From Armatimonadota bacterium (GTDB lineage Bacteria; Armatimonadota; SYMT01), in contig JBKBRF010000029.1 of assembly GCA_046292385.1 (NCBI GenBank), forward strand, positions 1 through 64,000: a stretch of 64,000 bases of DNA, read 5' to 3'. Positions 9,098 through 18,360 of the stretch are shown one piece after another. The notes beneath the pieces are model-generated. The model saw only the letters and a program-made list of their open reading frames with translations. It did no database searches and was not told the DNA's origin. The stretch's first letter is position 1. The number at the start of each line of letters is the position of its first letter. Made by a program: the position numbers and the translations under genes.

Positions 9098-9682
9098 TCA
9101 CGCCTTTTCCGGGCCGCGTGGCTGCATCTCGCGGAGCTTCGCCATCACCTCTCGGTGTCGTCTCCCAAGCGCGAGCAAGACAACCCGCCCCGAAAGGGCG
9201 AGCACCTCCGAGCGGAGTCTCTTGTGGAGATCCTGCTCCGTCAGGAACCGCACCTCGCGGCCGGTGAGGAGCACGATGAGCTGATCCAGGTCCGCGGATT
9301 CGGTGACCACCCGGCGCAGTGCTTCCACAGCTTCCCGGAAAGGATCGCCCTGGCGACGCCGATCCCTCGGCAACAGGGTTAAGAGTTCTGCTGCGAAGAT
9401 CGCCTCGCGTATACCATCGGGTTGGAGGAGAAGGCTGGAGTCGAGCGGACGGGGTGCCGGAAGGCTGACGTAGCCGCCGTCGATGTACTTGTGCAGCGCC
9501 CCTGGCGAGATCCCAACCGCTTGCGCGACCTTGCGCAATGACCAGCCTCGAAACTCTCTCGCGGCGGGAGGGCTCACTCGATGATGTGCTCTGTTCATCT
9601 TGCTCCTGTAAGTGTTCGCGCCGTGAACGGTTTCAGGCCCGACTAACCTTTTTATCGTTGACCCGTGTTGCGTTCGACCCAA
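9098..9682 (-). CDS. HTH-domain protein (start uncertain)
   Basis: WSLRKVAQAVGISPGALHKY helix-turn-helix. Confidence 0.55.
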   Translation of the reverse strand: MGRTQHGSTIKRLVGPETVHGANTYRSKMNRAHHRVSPPAAREFRGWSLRKVAQAVGISPGALHKYIDGGYVSLPAPRPLDSSLLLQPDGIREAIFAAELLTLLPRDRRRQGDPFREAVEALRRVVTESADLDQLIVLLTGREVRFLTEQDLHKRLRSEVLALSGRVVLLALGRRHREVMAKLREMQPRGPEKA

Positions 9683-9912
9683 AACGGCCTCTGCACCTCA
9701 CGGGCAACTGGTTTACATGACTTCGGCCCGCCACCTCCGCTTCGGGAGGGTGTGCCTCATCCCAGCCTTCTCCGATGAACCATTTGCAAGCGCACGTGCG
9801 ACACTCCTTCCGCGGCTCGCTGAACTGCTCCGAAACCGTCTCCCCAAAATAGTTGCCAATTCGAGCCTGTTCAGGCATACTGAATGCGTCCCCAACTTGA
9901 GGAGAGAATCCT

Positions 9913-10219
9913 GATGCTTCACTCTGCCCGGTACAAAGCAGCGCCGTATCCCTCGGACACCCGGCGCCACCAGATCCCGGCCGAGGTGTTCAACGCCTTC
10001 TTCGGTTCACCGGACCCGCGCCAACTCGACGGTGTGGACTGTCTGCTGGAGGTCTTGGTGGTGATGCCGGGCAGTTCGACACCGGTGGTCCTGCCGCCGG
10101 TAATCCATCGCGTCTCATCCGCAGGGGAACCTCGACTCGGGAAGCGGGTGTGTGCTGAATACCCAGAGCCCATGCCGCCAGGAGCCTACCTCCTGGTCCA
10201 ACTGACGCCGCTCACCTGA
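9913..10219 (+). CDS. Hypothetical protein (~101 aa)
   Basis: ATG 9913 after GAGGAGAG RBS; first ORF of the plus-strand defence cluster. Confidence 0.5.
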
Positions 10220-10306
10220 CCCCGCGACGCAGCTTCACTCGCCCCAGCGAGTAGCATCCCGCGCACCGGCTCCGGGCCGGGCTTCTCTTCGACTAGAGGA
10301 CGGCAG

Positions 10307-11380
10307 ATGGCACTATACGAGATGACTAGAGAGACGCTCCGGCGGATCGAGACCACCACTCTCGGGAACCAGGGCTTCAAAGAGCGGGCGGACCTCCAGC
10401 GCCTGCTTCGTCAGCAGGTGGAGATCGTCGCGCCGGGGACGATGGTGATCGCCGAGGAGTTCGGAGATTGGGAGGAGAGCCGCCGACGGATCGACCTCTT
10501 GGCCCTCGATAGGGATGCGAACCTCGTCGTCATCGAGCTGAAGCGCACGGAGGACGGGGGGCACCTGGAGTTACAGGCGATTCGCTATGCCGCGATGGTC
10601 TCCACGATGACCTTCGATCAGGTGGTGGACGCTCATGCCGCCTATCGGGCGAAGTACGGTCAAGAGGAGGAAGGCGCCCGAGCGGCGATCCTGGAGTTCC
10701 TCGGCTGGATGGAGCCGAACGAGCCGGAGTTTGCCCAGGACGTGCGGATTGTGCTGGTCTCCGGCGACTTCTCGAAAGAGATCACCACTGCCGTCATGTG
10801 GCTCAATCAGAAGGGTCTGGATATCCGCTGCGTGCCTCTCCAAGTTTATGCCCTGGAGGGGCGGGTGCTCGTGGACGTGCGGCAGAGCATCCCCCTCCCG
10901 GAAGCCACTGATTACCAGGTTCGAGTTCGAGCCAAGCAGGCGCAGCAGCGGGCAGCTTCGGAGTCGCGTCGGGATTACACGAAGTTTGACGTGACCATTG
11001 GCGAGGTAACTCGTCCTCGCCTTGCGAAGCGACACGCGATCTTCGCCGCCGTGAGTTCTCTCTGCGCTACGGGAGTTTCGCCAGCGGAGATCTCTCGCAC
11101 CCTAGAGCAGGACCACGGAACATGGTGGGGACAACCCGAGAACCTTTGGTACTGGGTTGACGGCGAAGTGGATGCAGCCACATTCCGCGAGCGGGCCACA
11201 GCGTCATCACGCAGGTTTGATCGAAGGCGGTGGTTCTGTGAGGATGCGGAACTGATCCAGTACGATGGGAGGACCTGGGCCTTCCTGAACCAGTGGGGAC
11301 CGTCCACCCGGAAAGTGCTCGACAGCCTGGTCAAGGCCTTCCCTGAAGCGCGGCTAGCCTATACTGCCGTCGAAGGCTAG
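10307..11380 (+). CDS. NucS/EndoMS-like (DUF91-type) PD-(D/E)xK endonuclease with extra C-terminal domain
   Basis: ER.DLQ.LL, RIDLLALD.D.NLVVIELKR, Q.IRYA motifs; C-terminal NQWG domain. Confidence 0.8.
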   Translation: MALYEMTRETLRRIETTTLGNQGFKERADLQRLLRQQVEIVAPGTMVIAEEFGDWEESRRRIDLLALDRDANLVVIELKRTEDGGHLELQAIRYAAMVSTMTFDQVVDAHAAYRAKYGQEEEGARAAILEFLGWMEPNEPEFAQDVRIVLVSGDFSKEITTAVMWLNQKGLDIRCVPLQVYALEGRVLVDVRQSIPLPEATDYQVRVRAKQAQQRAASESRRDYTKFDVTIGEVTRPRLAKRHAIFAAVSSLCATGVSPAEISRTLEQDHGTWWGQPENLWYWVDGEVDAATFRERATASSRRFDRRRWFCEDAELIQYDGRTWAFLNQWGPSTRKVLDSLVKAFPEARLAYTAVEG

Positions 11381-11456
11381 GAAGATCGGAATGTGAGCAG
11401 GCAAGGCAGGGCTTCCGGTCCTCTGTGGTGAACATCCCCCGGAGTACTCCCCCCGC

Positions 11457-14312
11457 GTGCTTACCCCCTACCATAGCCAGTACTACGCCTACGAGCTGAC
11501 CAAACGGAGCGCCTCGGACAGCATCGCCAAGCTCGGGCCGTCCCTGTTCAACGCGCAGGTGGACCTCAACCCCCACCAGCTCGATGCGGCGCTCTTTGCC
11601 TTCCGTTCCCCCCTTTCTCGCGGAGCGATTCTGGCTGATGAGGTCGGGCTCGGGAAGACCATCGAGGCGGGGCTGATCATCAGCCAGCTCTGGGCCGAGC
11701 GGAAGCGGCGGGTCCTGGTGATCGCACCGACCATCCTCCGCAAGCAGTGGGCACAGGAACTCGCGGACAAGTTCCACATCCCCTCGCGGGTGCTGGACTC
11801 GCGGGAGTACCACGCTCGGAGGCGAGCAGGTGACCGGCCGCTGGAGCCTGCGGATAGCGTGGTGATCTGCTCCTACCACTTCGCTCGGTCTTATTCCGGG
11901 GAGATCGGGGCGACACCGTGGGACCTCGTGGTGATCGACGAGGCGCACCGCCTCCGGAACGTCTATAAGCCGGGGAACAAGATCGCGACGGCGATCAAGA
12001 GCGCGGTCGGCCATCGTCCCCTGCTGCTCCTCACCGCCACGCCGCTCCAGAACAGTCTGCTGGAGCTGTACGGGCTGGTCAGCTTCCTAGACGAGCACCT
12101 CTTCGGGGACATCGAGGCGTTCCGCGCCCGCTATATGCGCGGGACCGTGGAACAACGCCAGCTCGCGGAGCTGCGGCAGCGGCTGCGACCCGTCTGCCAG
12201 CGGACGCTTCGGCGGCAGGTGACGGAGTATGTGCGGTTCACCAACCGCATCCCGGTCACCCAGGACTTCACTCCGACCGCCGACGAGCAGGCCCTCTACG
12301 ATCTCGTTACCACCTACCTCCAGCGAGAGACCTTGCACGCTCTCCCGGCGAGCCAACGGAAGCTGACCACGCTGGTTCTTCGCAAACTCCTCGCGTCCTC
12401 AACCTACGCCATCGCCGGGACGTTCCGCCAGCTTGCCGAGCGGCTGAAGCGGAAGCACGCGGAGGTGGAGGAACTGCTCGAAGCGGACTATGAGGGCTAC
12501 GGCGAGCTGTCGGACGAGTGGACCGCCGAATCCGACGACGAGAGCACTCCGGAAGAGGAGATCGACCTCGATGCCGCTGTCCGGGCGGAGATCGAGGAAC
12601 TGACCGCTTACGGCGACCTGGCCGCGTCGATCACCACTAACGCCAAGGGGCAGGCGCTCCTTCAGGCTCTGGACCACGGCTTTAGCAAACTGGCGGAACT
12701 CGGCGCTCGGCGGAAGGCGGTGATCTTCACCGAGTCGCGCCGTACCCAGGCGTACCTGATCGACCTGCTGAATGCGAACGGTTTCGGCGGGCGAGTGCTC
12801 ACCATCAATGGCACCAATACGGACGACCGCGCCGGAGAGATCTACCGCGCTTGGGTGGAACGACACCGCGGGGAGGAGGTGGTCACCGGAAACAAGACCG
12901 TGGACCTCCGCGCCGCACTGGTAGAGCACTTCCGGGATCATGCGGAGATCCTGATCGCCACGGAGGCCGCCGCCGAAGGGGTAAACCTCCAGTTCTGCTC
13001 TCTGGTGGTGAACTACGACCTCCCCTGGAACCCGCAGCGCATCGAGCAGCGGATCGGGCGCTGCCACCGATATGGTCAGGCGCACGACGTGGTGGTCATC
13101 AACTTTCTGAACCGGGCGAACGCCGCGGACCAGCGAGTCTTTGAACTCCTCTCCGAGAAGTTCCGGCTGTTTGAGGGGATCTTCGGCTCTTCGGACGAGG
13201 TGCTCGGGGCGCTGGAGTCGGGCGTGGATTTCGAGCGCCGGATCGCGGAGATCTACCAGGAATGCCGCACGCCCGACGAGATCGATGCTGCGTTTAGCGA
13301 GTTGCAGCAGGACCTGGAGGAGCAGATCTCCGCGCGGATGAGCGAGACGCGGACGGCGCTGCTAGAGAACTTCGATGAGGAAGTCCACCGCCGTCTGCGG
13401 ATGAGCCTGGAGGACAGCCGGGCCTGCCTGGACCACCTTGAACGCTGCCTCTGGAATCTCACCCGTCACGAGTTGGACGGCGCGGCAGAGTTTGACGAGG
13501 GAACACTAACCTTCGACCTGCAGCGCCAGGGGCCAGACTGGCCGAATGCGTCTCTGGGCTGCTACCAGTTCGTGACACGCACGCGGCAGAGGAACGGGCA
13601 TATTCCCTACCGGCTCGGGCACCCTCTGGCGGAGGCCGCACTGCGTCGCGCGCGCGAGCGGACGCTGCCCCCTGTTCGCACCACATTTCACTACAGCGCC
13701 TATCCAGGGCGTATCGGCCTGCTCGAAGGGCTGAAAGGCCGCTCGGGGTGGCTCACCCTTGCACGCCTGACCGTCTCCTCCCTGGAGAACGAGGACCGTC
13801 TCCTCGTCGCCGTCATGGATGACAACGGCACATGGCTCCACCCGGACGTGGGAGAGAAGCTGTTCCTGGTGGGCGGCAACGTAGAGGGGACGGCGGAGCC
13901 CTCCGCAGAGGTAGAAGCGGCGCTTCAGCGGCGTCTTGCGGAGTTGGAGACCCGTGCCCTCACGGAGATACAGCAGCGGAATAGCCGTTTCTTCGATGAG
14001 GAGATCGAGAAGCTGGACCGCTGGGCCGATGACCTCAAACATGGGCTGGAGGTGGAACTGAAGGAGGTGGATGCCGAGATTCGGCAGGCGCGGAAGGACG
14101 CGAAGCTGGCCCCGGACCTGGAGGGGAAGCTGGCTCTCCACCGGACTATCAGGGACCTAGAAGCTCGCCGCGCGAAGAAACGCCGCGAGTTGTACGAGGC
14201 GCAGGACGAGATCGATGGCCGGAAGGAAGAGTTGATCTCCGGCGTCGAGGCGCGGCTCCAGCAGGCCGTGGAGGTCCGGGTCCTCTTCACCCTGGAGTGG
14301 CGGATACAATAG
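11457..14312 (+). CDS. SNF2/RapA-like SF2 helicase (Type III RM-associated)
   Basis: LADEVGLGKT, DEAH, TATP, EGVNLQ, NYDLPWNP.RIEQRIGR.HRYGQ; C-terminal coiled coil. Confidence 0.92.
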   Translation: MLTPYHSQYYAYELTKRSASDSIAKLGPSLFNAQVDLNPHQLDAALFAFRSPLSRGAILADEVGLGKTIEAGLIISQLWAERKRRVLVIAPTILRKQWAQELADKFHIPSRVLDSREYHARRRAGDRPLEPADSVVICSYHFARSYSGEIGATPWDLVVIDEAHRLRNVYKPGNKIATAIKSAVGHRPLLLLTATPLQNSLLELYGLVSFLDEHLFGDIEAFRARYMRGTVEQRQLAELRQRLRPVCQRTLRRQVTEYVRFTNRIPVTQDFTPTADEQALYDLVTTYLQRETLHALPASQRKLTTLVLRKLLASSTYAIAGTFRQLAERLKRKHAEVEELLEADYEGYGELSDEWTAESDDESTPEEEIDLDAAVRAEIEELTAYGDLAASITTNAKGQALLQALDHGFSKLAELGARRKAVIFTESRRTQAYLIDLLNANGFGGRVLTINGTNTDDRAGEIYRAWVERHRGEEVVTGNKTVDLRAALVEHFRDHAEILIATEAAAEGVNLQFCSLVVNYDLPWNPQRIEQRIGRCHRYGQAHDVVVINFLNRANAADQRVFELLSEKFRLFEGIFGSSDEVLGALESGVDFERRIAEIYQECRTPDEIDAAFSELQQDLEEQISARMSETRTALLENFDEEVHRRLRMSLEDSRACLDHLERCLWNLTRHELDGAAEFDEGTLTFDLQRQGPDWPNASLGCYQFVTRTRQRNGHIPYRLGHPLAEAALRRARERTLPPVRTTFHYSAYPGRIGLLEGLKGRSGWLTLARLTVSSLENEDRLLVAVMDDNGTWLHPDVGEKLFLVGGNVEGTAEPSAEVEAALQRRLAELETRALTEIQQRNSRFFDEEIEKLDRWADDLKHGLEVELKEVDAEIRQARKDAKLAPDLEGKLALHRTIRDLEARRAKKRRELYEAQDEIDGRKEELISGVEARLQQAVEVRVLFTLEWRIQ

Positions 14313-14392
14313 TTTGCAGGTTGCTTGAGTGCCGCTGATCGAGCGACCTGTTCAACCGTGAAGGCCACCTTCAGGACAACGAGGCGAGAACC

Positions 14393-15466
14393 ATGTCTTC
14401 ATCGAGCGAGGCCGTACGAAAGATGCTCCTCGCCCACGTGTCCGGTGACGAAGCAGCGTTCCAGGATGCGGCACGGGAGTACATCGAAGAAGAGCGCAGG
14501 AAGCGGCACAGCGTGCTGGCTCGCGATCTCGAAAGCATTCTCGCGGATGGCGGTAGCAAGAGTCGGCACGACTCCCTCACGGCGCTAGGAACATCGAACG
14601 GCTCGCTCCCGAAGGATAAAGACCGGGGTCTGGTTCTGGTCGAGGTGCGCGAGCCGCGCCGGGAGCTTGAGAGCCTGGTGCTGGCGCCATCGCTGCGGAG
14701 TGTCCTGGATCGAGTGATCGAAGAGGGGCGGCGAGCTGATGTGCTTCGGACGTACGGCTTGAGGCCGATCAGCAAGATTCTCTTCTGCGGGCCTCCCGGA
14801 TGCGGCAAGACCGTGGCAGCCGAGGCGGTGGCGAACGCACTCTACCTGCCGCTGGTATTGGTGCGATTCGATGCCGTGATCTCCTCCTATCTGGGCGAGA
14901 CTGCCGCCAACCTACGGAAGGTCTTCGACTTCGCCCGGTCGAGGCCGATGGTCCTCTTCTTTGATGAGTTCGACGCGGTGGGGAAGGAGCGGGCGGCAGA
15001 GGAAGAGCACGGCGAGTTGAAACGGGTCGTCACCTCTCTGCTCCAGATGATGGACAGCTTCCGGGGGGACGCGCTGACCATTGCCGCGAGCAACCACCAG
15101 GGTCTGCTCGACTCGGCGCTCTGGCGGCGCTTCGATGAGATTCTCTACTTCGATAGGCCGGACCCGAAGGAGATCGAGGAGTTGCTCACTCGCAACCTGC
15201 GCCAGATCGGCCTCTCCCCGAAGATCAAGCTCGCAACGGTTGCCAGGTCGCTCACCGGGATGACCCACGCGGACGTGGAGCGGGTGGCGCTGGACGCAAC
15301 CAAGCAGACGATCCTCTCCGGCGGGAACCGTGTCGAAGCGGAGGTGCTGGCACAGGCCGTGGCGCGGCAGCAGGAACGCCGGAAGGTCACGGACGGTGAA
15401 CCGAGCGTCGGTCCGGCTTCCAGACGGAGCACGCGGCGGAGCGCGAAGGAGGCGGGTGAATCGTAA
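14393..15466 (+). CDS. AAA+ ATPase, IetA-like
   Basis: Walker A GPPGCGKT, SSYLGETA.NL, Walker B FFDEFD, ALWRRFD; 5 bp upstream of an S8 peptidase. Confidence 0.88.
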   Translation: MSSSSEAVRKMLLAHVSGDEAAFQDAAREYIEEERRKRHSVLARDLESILADGGSKSRHDSLTALGTSNGSLPKDKDRGLVLVEVREPRRELESLVLAPSLRSVLDRVIEEGRRADVLRTYGLRPISKILFCGPPGCGKTVAAEAVANALYLPLVLVRFDAVISSYLGETAANLRKVFDFARSRPMVLFFDEFDAVGKERAAEEEHGELKRVVTSLLQMMDSFRGDALTIAASNHQGLLDSALWRRFDEILYFDRPDPKEIEELLTRNLRQIGLSPKIKLATVARSLTGMTHADVERVALDATKQTILSGGNRVEAEVLAQAVARQQERRKVTDGEPSVGPASRRSTRRSAKEAGES

Positions 15467-15471
15467 CCGTC

Positions 15472-17952
15472 ATGAGACTGCCCTTCGAGAGCAATCGATA
15501 CCCACACCTGCTTCTACTCCGGCACGAGATGAACCCGGACCGGCGCAAGCGGTCAAGTCCGCCGCGCCCGAGTGGACGATCCCGGCAGGAGGCAGCTACC
15601 GAGATCGAAGAGAAGCTGGTCGCGCTGGAGCAGGAGGAGGTGCGGCAGCGTCCGTCCACGCCAGGGTTTCAGCCACACCTGGTGTTCCGCGTTCCCCTCA
15701 CTAAAGAAGGTTCCCAGGAACAGGTGGCTGACGCGCTCCGCAACGTGGGAGCTATCATCGTCAGTCACGAGCCGGACAGGGCGGTCATCGCGTTCTATGA
15801 GGATGCGGACCTCTCTGCCTTCCACGAGGCCCTCCAGCAGTACAGTGCCGGGCCTCGCTCGGGCATCAATCCCCAGACGCAGAAGCCCTACGAGAGCACC
15901 AAGTGGGACGTGTTCGGGTACATCCAGGCCGATCAGATGCGGAACTGGAACCGGGAGGATCGAATCGGCCTGCGGCTCCGCGAGGAGATTGCTGCGGACG
16001 GGACGGGTATCGACCGGGATCGGCTCTACTATCTCGACGTGGAGTTCTGGCCTCGGGGCCAACAACAGGCTCGGGCTGATCTTGCAGAGTTGCGGAGGCT
16101 GCTCCAGGGGCAGCCGCATCCCGAGGAGCGGATTCACGACGAGTTCGCGGGCGATCTGATGTGCCTGGCGCGCGTGGCGATCACCGGGGCGAAGCTGGAC
16201 ACTCTCCTCAACCTTTCATCCGTCGCCGAGGTGGACCGGCCCCCGCAGCCCACCTTCGACACTCTTGCAGCCGCCGAGGTCACCCCCGCCCAATTCCCCA
16301 CTCCCGCCGCCCCGCCGGAAGATGGTCCCCGTGTCTGCGTTGTGGACAGCGGAATCACCTCAAACCACCCGCTCCTTCGGAACCACGTTGGACACGAAGA
16401 GGCGATTCTGACGGAGACGGAGAGTGCCGCCGATGAAAACGGCCACGGCACGCGAGTCGGTGGAGTTGCGGTGTTCGGAGACGTGCGGGCGGCGTACGAC
16501 GCTGGCATGTTCATGTCCGAGGTCACGCTGTTCAGCGCCCGCGTCCTTAACGACCAGAACGAGTTCGATCAGCGTCGCCTGGTAGAGAAGCAGATGGAGG
16601 CGGCGATCAAGACATTCGCCGCGCCCCCCTATAACTGTCGGGTCTTCAATATCTCCATCGGGGATCGCACTCCTCTGCTCCGCGGGGCAGGAGATCGGCA
16701 GGGGCGTTGGGCGGAGGCTCTGGATCGCCTGATGCGGGAGCACGGGGTGTTGATCTTTGTCGCCGCAGGCAACCATCGCCTTGCTGGTGCCCGCCGCCCG
16801 GATGATGCGGAGCAGGTGCTGCACGACTACCCGGAGTTCCTCTTCCACCTGGAGGCGGGTCTCTGCGAACCTGCCACGGCTGCCCTTGCCGTCACCGTGG
16901 GATCTCTGGCCCAGTACGACGTTGCGGCCATACGACGCGGCTCGCAGGAGCACGATATCGTGCGGCCTGTCGCCCGGCGCAACGAGCCGTCCCCGTTCAC
17001 GCGCATCGGCCCTGGGGTCAATGGAGCCGTGAAGCCGGAGTTCGTGGACTACGGCGGCAACGTCGGCTTCGACGGTACCGGCTCGTCCCGGCGCTTCATC
17101 CACGATGAGATACCCGACCCCGGCCTCGCGGTTATGTCTCTGTCCAGCCAGCCGCTCCAGAAGCTGTTCGGCTACGGGATCGGGACGAGCTACGCCGCCC
17201 CGCACCTCGCCCGCCTGGCTGCCCGCCTCTGGCTCCGACTCCGCGACGACCTGGGCCAGGAGCCGCACCCCAACCTCGTCCGGGCGGTCCTGGCGTCTTC
17301 CGCCGAGGTGCCCGACGAGGCGAAGGCACTCCTCGACCCGCACGGCGGCGACAAAGCCATCCGCCGGGTGTGTGGCTACGGTCTGCCGGACGAAGACCTC
17401 GCGTTCAACTCGACCGACTGGCGCGTCACTCTCGTTGCCCAGGCGGCGCAGCGGATCGACACGATTACCCTTTACGAGATCCCGATCCCGACGGAGATGA
17501 TCGAAGCACGCGGCAGGAAGAGGGTGATCGTCTCACTGGCGTTCGATCCTCCCGTGCGGCGGCGGCGGGCCAATTACCTCGGCGTGGAGATGCAGGTCGA
17601 TCTGCTGCGCGGGAAGTCGCCCGACGAGATCGAAGCCGCCTACAGAGCGGTTAGCAAAGAGGAGCGGAAGACTGCCCCGAAGTCGTTCCAGGACCGGCAC
17701 CTGTGCAAGCTGGAGCCGGGACCCCAAGCGGTCGAGTCCAGTACCCTCCACCGGCGGGAGTGGTCTTTCAGGCGAGGCGACCTCAACGATGGCGACACCT
17801 ACTACCTGATGGTGCGCTCGTTCAGGAACTGGGCACCCGACGAGATCACGGACCAGGACTACGCGCTTGCCGTGACCCTGGAAGCCGAGGACGAGCGCCT
17901 CTACAACCTCATCAGCCAGCGGGTCCGGCAGCGCCCGCGCATCCGTGTGTAG
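15472..17952 (+). CDS. S8 subtilisin-like serine protease, IetS-like
   Basis: Catalytic D (VVDSG), H (HGTRVGG), oxyanion N (AAGN), S (GTSYAAP); FDPPVR in the C-terminal domain. Confidence 0.88.
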   Translation: MRLPFESNRYPHLLLLRHEMNPDRRKRSSPPRPSGRSRQEAATEIEEKLVALEQEEVRQRPSTPGFQPHLVFRVPLTKEGSQEQVADALRNVGAIIVSHEPDRAVIAFYEDADLSAFHEALQQYSAGPRSGINPQTQKPYESTKWDVFGYIQADQMRNWNREDRIGLRLREEIAADGTGIDRDRLYYLDVEFWPRGQQQARADLAELRRLLQGQPHPEERIHDEFAGDLMCLARVAITGAKLDTLLNLSSVAEVDRPPQPTFDTLAAAEVTPAQFPTPAAPPEDGPRVCVVDSGITSNHPLLRNHVGHEEAILTETESAADENGHGTRVGGVAVFGDVRAAYDAGMFMSEVTLFSARVLNDQNEFDQRRLVEKQMEAAIKTFAAPPYNCRVFNISIGDRTPLLRGAGDRQGRWAEALDRLMREHGVLIFVAAGNHRLAGARRPDDAEQVLHDYPEFLFHLEAGLCEPATAALAVTVGSLAQYDVAAIRRGSQEHDIVRPVARRNEPSPFTRIGPGVNGAVKPEFVDYGGNVGFDGTGSSRRFIHDEIPDPGLAVMSLSSQPLQKLFGYGIGTSYAAPHLARLAARLWLRLRDDLGQEPHPNLVRAVLASSAEVPDEAKALLDPHGGDKAIRRVCGYGLPDEDLAFNSTDWRVTLVAQAAQRIDTITLYEIPIPTEMIEARGRKRVIVSLAFDPPVRRRRANYLGVEMQVDLLRGKSPDEIEAAYRAVSKEERKTAPKSFQDRHLCKLEPGPQAVESSTLHRREWSFRRGDLNDGDTYYLMVRSFRNWAPDEITDQDYALAVTLEAEDERLYNLISQRVRQRPRIRV

Positions 17953-17973
17953 ACGGGATCGGAAAGCACAACA

Positions 17974-18360
17974 GTGGACGAGGTTCAAACGGACGTAGAT
18001 ACCATCGCGGAGGTGATCCGGCTGCCGGTCGAGCGGTGGGTGGGCCGCTGCTTCGCAGTGGCGCGAGATATCGTGGATGAGGCATTGGTCCAGGGGATCG
18101 TCCACCTGGGACACTGGATGGGTCCCGTAGCCCCGGAGAGCGAGTGCGCGAAGGGGACTGCGGAGCCACCATACCAGCATAGCTGGATACGACTGCCGGA
18201 CGGGCGGGTCTACGACCCCACCCGCTGGACCTTCGAGGGGCGGGAACCCTACGTATACGTGGGGGAGGACAGTGAAGGCTACTACTGGGCGCTTCAGGAG
18301 TGGGTCAACGGAGGACCGAGAAGGTTGAGCGACAGGAACGAGTGCAGTCGGAATGAGTAA
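17974..18360 (+). CDS. Small transglutaminase/papain-like (Cys-His-Asp) protein
   Basis: GRCFAVA (Cys) ... QHSWIRLPDGRVYDPT (His, Asp); overlaps the mod start by 8 nt. Confidence 0.6.
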   Translation: MDEVQTDVDTIAEVIRLPVERWVGRCFAVARDIVDEALVQGIVHLGHWMGPVAPESECAKGTAEPPYQHSWIRLPDGRVYDPTRWTFEGREPYVYVGEDSEGYYWALQEWVNGGPRRLSDRNECSRNE

